Of a DNA stretch of 64,000 bases, positions 14,201-23,400 are shown one piece after another (position 1 is the stretch's first letter; every line of letters starts with the position of its first letter). Position numbers and translations under genes: made by a program. The notes beneath the pieces are model-generated. The model worked only from the letters and a program-made list of their open reading frames with translations, was not told the origin of the DNA and searched no databases. The DNA lies in assembly GCA_036172245.1 (NCBI GenBank), contig JAYWIR010000007.1:372001-436000 (forward strand), written 5' to 3'. This DNA is from Raillietiella orientalis (taxonomy: Eukaryota).

Positions 14201-17200
14201 GCAGCGTGAGGATGGTGGTGGAGGGGATGGGGAGGTGCGTTCGTAAGGGGACGGGGTGGAGGATGTTTCCTTGGTCCGTCCGGGAGAAGAAGAACGGGAG
14301 CACATGCCGCTCCTGGGAGTGAACCCCCTTGTTTTTTTTCCTTTTTTTTAACCCTTCCCCCTTCTCCCCTTGTTCACTCGCATCATCCCTGCCCCGTCTC
14401 CTGTCGCAGAAACGTGTGTGGCCCTCAGTGGGGAAGGGACAGGTCACGCCGGGAGAGGGAGGAAAGCCCGTGGGAAGACGGCGGTGCTGAGCTCCTCCCG
14501 CCTTTCCCCCGCTCTCCCACGGCGGCAGACCTGCGGATCCCCTCCCTTCCTCCGCCTCCGACCCCCGCCGCCAGGGCGACCGGACGGTTTCATGAGGGGA
14601 CCGCTGGAGTGAGGGTCGCCGTCGTCGTCCCCACGAAGGAGGGGAGAACGAGAGAGAAGGGGGGAGGGGGAAGAGGTGAGGGCTGCCCTTCTTTTTCCCG
14701 TCCTTCTCTCGCTCGTCCGTTCCCTCCTTCCCCCTCCCCCTCCTCCTCCTCCACTCCTACGCCCCTCATTCGCGGATACTGGGAGACACTCCTCCCGGAC
14801 TAGGCGGCCCCCCCGTCGCTTCCAGACGGAAGGCGACGGCCAGGAGAGTCAGGAGGAGGTTCCAGGCATCCCGCAGACGCTCCTCGGAGCCTCCCCTCCC
14901 CCTCCTTCTTCCTACCTTCCGTTCACCTTCTCCTCCCCCTCTCGCTCCCGGATAGATTCGGTTTCCCGTCCTTCCCGTGACGTAGGAGCACGTTTCTTGG
15001 CAACGAGCAGCTTTTATTGTTGGCAGCTCCGTGGTCCCGCTCTCGCGACGGACATGAAACAGCCGCGCTCCTGAAACAACGCAGACAGCGTGGGGATCGG
15101 CGTCTCGGGTATCCAGGAGCGAGCAGAGCCGAGGCGCCGGGAGCCGGAGGAGGAGGGCCCGGGGTGCTGGCAGGAAAGGGAGAGGACACTGGTTCCCCTC
15201 CCCGCCCTCCTCTGGAGACGCCGGAGGGCGCGAGGAACTCTGTGGCCCGGAAGCAGAAGGTGGGGTGAGGGTGGTGCAAACGCGGGGGCGGAACGGCACC
15301 CGGACGCAGGTCTCCCTCCTTCCCGCCCGCTGCCGGATGTCTCCTCCTTCTCTACCCCAGAGGCGCGCGCGCGCGCGCGCGCGGTGTTTGACGGAGGAGG
15401 GGGGGGGAGGGAAGGTGCTCGAGGCGGTTCCGAAAAGGGTCGCCGCGGCAACGAGATGGGAGATGGAGCGGAGGAGGGGGACAGAGTGGCGCTTGCGGGA
15501 CGGGGTAACGGAGGTCGGGCAAAGGGGAAGGGCTGGAAGCGTGGTGCCGCCTCTAGCCGGACCTCGGCCCCTGATGCCCCTGCTCGGGGGCGGACTTTCG
15601 CTCCCGTCATCCTTGCAGGGCGCTCCCGGGTCACCGCAGGGGGAGAGGGAGGTGATGATGGCGGCGGCAGAGCTCCCTTCCGTCCCTCCTCCCCCCGTCT
15701 CCCGTCCCGCGGACGCGCTGCTGCCGCTGCAGAGGCTTCCGGCACCGACGCCAGCCGCGGCGGGCGCTGAGCGCGGCGGGATCCTTCCTCCCGTGCGAAC
15801 GAGGTCGCCCCGCCGCTCCTCCTGCGTTGTGTATCTCCGTGCCCTAACCCTGAGCTGTTCCAGGAGAGCGGGAGCGACGACGGAGAACATCCGCCACGCT
15901 TCCTCGGGCGTCGCGGTGCGCACGCACGTCCGAGGACCCGCCGCCTTCGCCGGCGACCGAGGAAGGCGGGGCGTGCGGACTCCGCGCTCGTTCGGGCGGG
16001 TGCGGAGGGTCCGACCCCCGGGAGGAGGAAAGGAAGGGAGGGGGGAGAGTTCCCGGACGCGCTCGAGAAATGCGCGTGCCCCGGGAAGAAGAAGCAGTCG
16101 GGAGGGAAACCAAGAGAAGGCCGAACGCCCCGGGACTCCAAGCCGGGGAGTGGGCGTCGGCTCGGGCCGCTCGCTCTCGGGCGGCCATTGTTGCCACGGC
16201 GACGAGTTCGGCGAGGTCAGGCACGCACCGGACTGCCTCCTCCTTGCCTGCGAGCAAATGGCGGCGGCCTGGTGCGAAGGTCGGGGCAGGAGAGGAGGCG
16301 CTCGCCCTTTTTTCCCCCCGCCACCTCCTCTGCTCCTGGCGCGGGAGCACGGCATGCGCCACTTCTTCCCTCCCACCTTTCTCTCCCTTCCGGAGCGTCG
16401 GTCCCTCTTCCCCTTCACTCCCCTTCCTTCTACAGCCCGAGGCGAACCATCGAGGCGAGGATGCTACTGATCTGGCGCTGGGTTGTCGCCGGAGGGCATG
16501 CCGCGCCCGCAGGACCCGTCGCTCGTGCAGGTCGCAAGAGGAGGGAGCGCTCTTCTTGCAGCGAAGAGGGTGTCCCGGGTTCGCAGCGGAAGACCCGCGG
16601 ACCCCCTCCCTTCCTCCGCCTTGGGTCCTCGCCGCCGGGCGTCAGGACGGTCTCACGAGAGTACCAATCCACCGCCGTCGAGGAAACCAGGCTGGAAGGG
16701 CGGTTTCCCTACTCCCTCTATCACCCTCCACACCCTCCCCGACCTCCGTCCGCGTCTGGCAGCTCCGAAGGTAGTAGGACTCCTGCTCCTGCCCTCGACG
16801 GACGCCAGGGAGATCCTTCGCTCCAGCTCGCCCTAGGCAGACTTTGTTTCTTCCCCCCACTTTCACCCTCCAAGCCGAAACGGTTGGGGGGTGAAAGAGG
16901 GAGGAGGAGGAGACCACGAGAAGGCGTCCTCCCTGCTTGAGTGCTCCGAACCTCAGGGGGAATGAGCGATGCCAACTCCGGCAGGAGTGGTCTCCTTGGC
17001 GACGAAGCCGTCCACCTCCTCCCCCCTCCCTCCCTCTCTCCCCCCGAGCTCCCGATCCAGACGCAGACGGTCTCTGGCTGGGCAGTGCTGCGCGGGTCGG
17101 CTCAAGGCCCGGGAGGGCGGGACGCGAGAGATGATGACCTTCCCCACCGGTGGCCGGCGAGGGGGTGGCCCCACCCCAGCCCGCCCCTCTCAGCAACTGG

Positions 17201-17369
17201 TAGCGCGCGGCGCACGTCCAGTGGACAGCCCGCTCTTCTCTTCGTTCCTTCCGGCTCCCGTCTCCCTTTTCCTCGCCCCTGGTGGAGTACCTCTTGCGGC
17301 GGCACTGCAAGTGAGATCTGCTTCCAGGGACCCTCTCCGGGGACTCCCGCCCATGATGACGTCGCCACG

Positions 17370-17481
17370 ATGACCTGCTCCCCGAAGTGGTTGCCGCGGC
17401 TCCTCCTGACGGTTGCCGCGAGCGTGCTCCTGCAGGCCCTGCCCTCGAGGCAGGAATACGAGAAGGACTTCGGGCTCATCG
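17370..17481 (+). CDS. cv-2: Cv-2/BMPER exon 1 (signal peptide)
   Basis: gccacgATG Kozak context; [37 protein letters not shown] has a hydrophobic leader; donor G|gtgagt, phase 1, matches exon 2. Confidence 0.8.
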
Positions 17482-20400
17482 GTGAGTCGCGGGGGACCCG
17501 GGATAAAACTCCCCTCTCCTCCCCTCCTCCTATTCCCTTTCGAGACTCATCTGCTCACCTCCGGCGCCATCCGAGTCCGGGTCCGGCGGACATCTTGTCT
17601 CCCTCCCATGAACTCGGTGGTCCCCCGCCGTGCAGCTTCCACACCCTGCGCACCGCTCGCCTCCCTTCCTTCTCGGGATGCCACGCCTCTGTTCCTGCCC
17701 AGGGGAGCCGAGACACCTGGCGCGCCGGGCCTTTGCAGGAGGCAGCGTCCCCCTCCTGTGGGCCCTCCGAAGCCAGGACGGATCCCCCTGGCGGGCGCGC
17801 CACCTCCGCCACATCCGACGGATCCATCATCCGGTGGCTCAGATGCTCCTGAAGGAGGAGCCCCGCCTTTCCCGGCGAGCATCGGACGCTCTCCAGAAGG
17901 CGCCGTGCCCTTCCCGACGTGCCCACATGGGGTGCAGCCACGCCCGTCCTGCGCGCGCGCGGGAGGCGACCGCCTGCTCTGCCATATTTCTGTGGGGGAT
18001 GGACTGCGGTGACCCGCTGCAGAAAAGGGGCTCCAAGGTGTCCCCCCCCTCCCCAGCGCGGTGCCGGCCCAGTGCCGCGCGCGCACCTCGAGGTCAGAGG
18101 AAGCGCACACGATCGTCCGTTAGCTCAGGCCGACAGTCCGCGTCACGTGACCGTCTCGTCACTGGGACTGCACCCTTCGACCGGACTGTCCGTCGGTCCG
18201 GCTCTTCCGTCGGCGTCGGCTGCCCGGAGTCCACTCGAGCTCCTCGGTGCAGCCACGCGCCGCTCCCTCGCAGCGGCGGCGCGGACGCCGGCGAGCGGAC
18301 GGCCGAGGAGGCCCTCTCTGACCACCTTCGGCTTTTCGGGTCAACAACTTTCTCCCCAAAGTGGTGCCCGCCGAGTCAACTTGACCTCGACTGCCTTCCG
18401 CTCCCTGACAGGTTTCTCTCTTTCTGGAATTTCTCTCAAGGGAAGGCGGGGCGTCCCGTTCGCGCAAGCAGCGCCCTCGGAGCTCCTCGGAGCTCGGTCC
18501 TCCTCCTCCTCGTCTCCCCTTCCGCGGGATGCTGGTGGCGCCCGCCCCTCTCTCCTTTCACCGACCAGATGACCACCCGATGGACGGGGGGACGTCGAGG
18601 TGGGTGCGAGCCGACCAAGCGGAAGCGCCGGAGGAGGTCGACGCGGAGCAAAGACCGGTGGCTCCACCCGCGAAAGCGATGCGCGCCTCCTGCCGCCGGG
18701 AAGGGAAAAACTCCCTCCTTGCTTCTCCGGGGACCACAAGGCCCTCCGACGCCCCCGAGAAGGGGGAGCGTCCGCAGGCATGTGACCGACCTGCCCTCTC
18801 TTCCCCAGGGACCATAGCCAAGTGCTACAACGAGGGCCACGCCGTCCACCTGGGCATACTGGACTACAGTCCCTGCGTGACCTGCAAGTGCTGGGTAAGG
18901 GTCACCGCTCCTCCCGCCCCTCCTCCTCGCGCCCGCGCGACGAGAGCCGGTGGCCACTACCGCGCGGGCCGACCGTCTCCGCGAACACACTGGCGGAGGG
19001 TTCCCGGGGCTGTCTGGAGCTGCGGCGCCCGGCCGGGACGAACCGCCCGCCCTTCTCATTCCTGGCCCGGACGAGGTGCGGCGAGAGGACGCGCTGCTCA
19101 CGGTGACGCAACCGACCGGCGCCCTCCTCCCGGTTTCTCCCCGAGCGCTCCTTCGCGGGAGGCGCAATAGCACCAAGTCATCTGCCCCCCCTCCCCTTCC
19201 TGTCTTTTCTGTGGCCTCCGTCCGGGAGCGGATTCTGCGCGAGTCCTCCGCCGCCACAGCCAGAACAGGGAACGTGGCGAGTGTCAACTCTTCCGCATCG
19301 CCCCTCGGCGGCCTCTGGAAGGTCTCTCCCCTCCCCCCGGAAGGGGAAGCGGATAGGATCCGCTCGGGTCCCAGCGATCGCAGCTCTCCAGACGGCAGAG
19401 GAAGGGATGAAAAAACGACCATCCCCGCCCGGAGCGCGCGTGCGCGCAGCGGCTGCGAAAGCGGCGCGACCGGGTGGCTCTCAAGGGAGCGAGATGGCGG
19501 CAGAATCGCGTCCTCCCAGAAAGGGGTCCAGCAGGGGCAAGGAGCGGGAGACCCGATTTCTCCAACCTCCTTGTCGCAGGGTCGTCTGACCCAACGCCGC
19601 CGCCGCCGCCGCCGCCTCAGACGACGTCTCAGCCGGGCAGCGCGCGCTGGCGTCTCTGCTCCCGGGGGAGCTGTTCGGTCGGGGCGCTGCCAGGACCTGC
19701 CAAGGACCCCGCTGCGTGCGGGAGAGCAAGCGAGCGGCGCCCAAGAGACGTGAGAAGGGGCAAATAGGGCAGGGCCGAAGGCATCGCTGGAACCGTGCCC
19801 TCCGGAGCTCCCCTTCGAAGCAACCCGACTTCTTCAGGGTGCGAAAGCGGCGGCGGCGGCGGCGGCAGCCAAAGAGTGGTAGAGGCGGCGGAAAAGGGGA
19901 GGAGAAACCTCAGACGCGGATGCTCCTGAATCATCACACCACGCGCGAGGTGGCGCTGCCGGCCACCGGTGCAGAGGGTCCCCGTCAGGTGTCCTCCTCG
20001 GCTCCCCCGGGAGCAGGGGCGCGGGTCAGCCCCTCGCTTCCAGGGAGAGGGAGGGAACGGGGAAAGACGGAGGTGGCAACAACGTCCCCCCCCCCCTTCA
20101 CCCCGTCCTCCTCCGCGCGGTGGCGCCGCGGGTCCCGTACGCGCGCGCGCGCCTCGAACACGGCCACGCGGAGACGCGCAAAAAACGGAACCAGTTCTGC
20201 AGCGCGATTAACATTCTTGCCGTCTTCCGAGAGCTCCGGACGGTCCTGGCGAGCTGCCTTTCCGATTATTCATCTCTGGCAGCATCCTTTCCGCGCGGAG
20301 CCGCTCGCCGGGCCATTCATCATGGTCTCCGGGAAGTATGCGGGCGAGTCCTGCCTCCCCGCGCGGGCGGTGAGAGCACCGCCGACCCCGCGGAGACGAG

Positions 20401-23400
20401 GGGGGAGGAGGGCACCCCTCTCGACCGAGGTCTCTTCTCCCCCCTCCCTTTCTTCCCCAACGCTGATAATGATGGTAAACAGGGGTCTGGAGACACCCTT
20501 GGAACCAGCTCGCGTCCTCGACTCCCCGCAGTCAGATCCCGGGGTGCGGCCGCGGTGCTTCGCTCTCTCCCGTGGTGCTCTGCTTCCCAACCCCGGGGCA
20601 CAGCGTGTGGTCAGGCGTCTTTTGGGGGGCCTTTGCCCCCTTTCCACCTGGGTCCTCCGTCGTCCGTCGGTGCTCGAAGTCGGCCCTTCCCTCGACGCCT
20701 GCGCGAACCGGCATCGGGGGGACCGACCTCGCGTGCTTCCCTCGGAGACTCCTTGGGCGAAAAGACGGCGGGCACCCATCGCTCGTGACCTTCCGCGTAC
20801 GGAGGAGGTCCCAGCGGATGCGGCCGAAGACGTCAGCAGTGTCAACGACGCGCGCTGTCCGACCGAGGCTGCCCAAGAATGCCGGGAATGCGCAGTCGGC
20901 CGCCCCGCCGCCATCCGCAAGGAAGGCCTTTCTCCCCCCTCCCCCCCTTTCGTACCGACCGACTCTCGAGGGGCAAAGGGGGGGGGGGAAGCGGCCTAGC
21001 GGAGCCGGCGCCTTTCTACCGCCGCCACCACTCCGCTTCGCATCCCTTTTTTTCCCCCCGCCCGCCAAAAGGAGGCAGCCGCCTCCCGTTGCGAGGCAAC
21101 CAGCCGGGTGAGCCACTCGACCTCGGCACCCGCTCACCCTCGCCAAGGTGCCTCTCCACGCGGCCTCCTCCAGGGGAAGGCTGCGCGGCGCGGCCGAGAC
21201 CGACTACGGGGTGCGCCCGCTCCGCCCGCCCGCCCGCCCGGCTCGTCTCGGGAATGCGCGGCCTCCCCGGTATCTGTCCGAGGCCGCTCCGGGAGTGCCT
21301 CGGCGGATTCGGCAACGCGGGATGGCCCGAGGGGCCAAATTTTTGACATAGCTTGGAGGCGGAGGCGGTCGCCGCGCTTCCGGATCTGGGAGACGCCCGT
21401 CGCGGATGCGGCGCGTCTGTCGTCGGCGCCAACTCTCCGCGCTCTCCCCCTCCTCCTTCTTCCCCTGCCCTCGCGGTCGCGCCCGACTCTCCCTCCCGCC
21501 GGAGGGGGGGGAGCCCCTCCTCCTCTGCCTCTTGCTCCTCCGTAAAGAGGCGGCGCTCCCCGGGTGCGCAAGCGAGCGGAGTAGCTGCAGCGGGTGCGAC
21601 CACGCGGCGGTCTCTCACACGCTCCGGAGGAGCGTGTGAGATCCGGGAAGGGAAGGGAAAGGGAGGGGGTGGTGGGCCGTAGGAGCCCACACCGTCCGTT
21701 CAGACTGGAGGCACGGCCGTGATGCTCTCCCTTCCGCCCTGGGCCGCAGCGTGGGCGGGCGGCCCTTTTGTGACCTTCGCAACCGTCCGTGGTCCCGTTC
21801 CGGGGAAAGACAAACCGGACCTCGGCCCTCCTCCTTCCCCCGCCCACCGCCGTGCAGGAGAGGAAGAGGGGAGGGGCGCCCGAGGCACTATAGGACTCGG
21901 GGCTGCCGGCTGTGAGGTCATCCGCGGGGAATGCGGGAGTCGGCCTGGAAGGGCGCCCCTCGCGGTTGCGAGCAGGGAGGGAGGAAGGGAGGGGAGGCTG
22001 CTACCTGGAATGTCTCCGGTGGGCACCTGCGAGAGGGAGCGCGCGCGCGTTGTCCGGGGCGCCTGCCCTGTGAAGAGCCCCGTGACTTTGCAGAACAAGA
22101 CCATCATGTGCCAGATGATCCTGACGCCCTCCATCTGCGAGACGGCGTGCTCCTCCGCCTACTACAGGAACTACCGGTGCTGCAAGGCGTGCCAGGGTGA
22201 GCTCTCTCCCGGCCCGTGCGACCCTCAAGACCCGTCGGTCCAGGATGCAGCTTCCAGGGCAGGTACTACGCCAACGGGAAGCAATGGTGGGACGCCGACA
22301 GCCCCTGCTACGTCCACGTGTGCAGGAACGGAATGGTTACCCTGTCCCGGCAGCAGTGCCACGCGCCCTGCCCTCATCCCCAGGTCCCCCTGCCGGGGCA
22401 GTGCTGCCCCTCCTGCCAAGGTGAGTCTCTTCCCCCACCCCCACATATACATACGCACACAACCCATATCCGCGCGCCCTTCCGGGAACGCTCTCTGGGT
22501 GGGTACACCAGTGGGCCTTTCAAGGGACCGCGCAGGTGGCCCCTTTCTTCTCCCCGGACACCAAGAGAGGCTGATCTCTGCCTCTGTGGGTTTTCTACCT
22601 GGGGAGTCGGGCAAGATGCCTCCTACCCCCAACCCTCGGACGGCCCTCCTTTCCCTCGAGACGCTCTCTGACCCTCGGAAGGCCCCCTTCTTCTCTTCCC
22701 ACCCTCCCCGTCCCCGTTCGCTCCGTCGACCGTAGGTAGTACTGCCCGGGCGAAAGGACAGGTGAGGCGGCGCCGGGTAGTGGGCGGGTGCGAGCCATTC
22801 TCCCTTGCGCGTCCCTCTCCCCGTCCTCCCCTGTTGGCACCGATTCTGCATTTTCGGAAGGGGGTGGTGACCCTTCGGTCAGCATGCCGAGGGTACCGCC
22901 CCCTGGTCAGCTCGAAAGAGCGAGCAGACGAGAGAACCCCAACCGCGGCCCTTCCTCAGCATCGCGGAGGTGCCGTGGGAGGGGGCGCATCCAGGCGCTC
23001 CCGAGCGACAGGAGGCAGAGCGGGAACCACCCTTCCCTGCAGAGAGGCCGCGGGAGGGAGAAGTCCGAGGATGGAGAAATAGGGGGGAGTGGGGAACTTT
23101 CATCCCCAAGCTGCGCCCCTTTTTTCTTCCCCTCCTTTTTTTTTTCTTCAGGCTGCTCCCTGCACGGCAGACTCCTGCAGGAGGGCGATGCAGTCCCCTT
23201 CCTGGATGACCCTTGCGTCGTGTGCCGGTGCGCCAACGGGTCGCTCTCGTGCGCCCGGCAGGTGTGTCCATTCCTGGAGTGCTCGGAGGCCAACGCCGTC
23301 GCCAAGCCCGGGCAGTGCTGCAGGCAGTGCAAGAGTAAGCAGAGGAGCCGGAAGAGCAAGGTGGAGGGGGGAGGGGGAACGGGAAGGAGCAGGGCAGCAA

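Noticed and set aside
14766..16470. Overlapping 375-550 aa ORFs on both strands
   Set aside because: Arg/Pro/Gly/Ala-rich translations expected from stop-poor GC-rich DNA; no motifs.
18121..18190. TAGCTCAG A-box-like word suggesting a tRNA or SINE
   Set aside because: No B box or cloverleaf.
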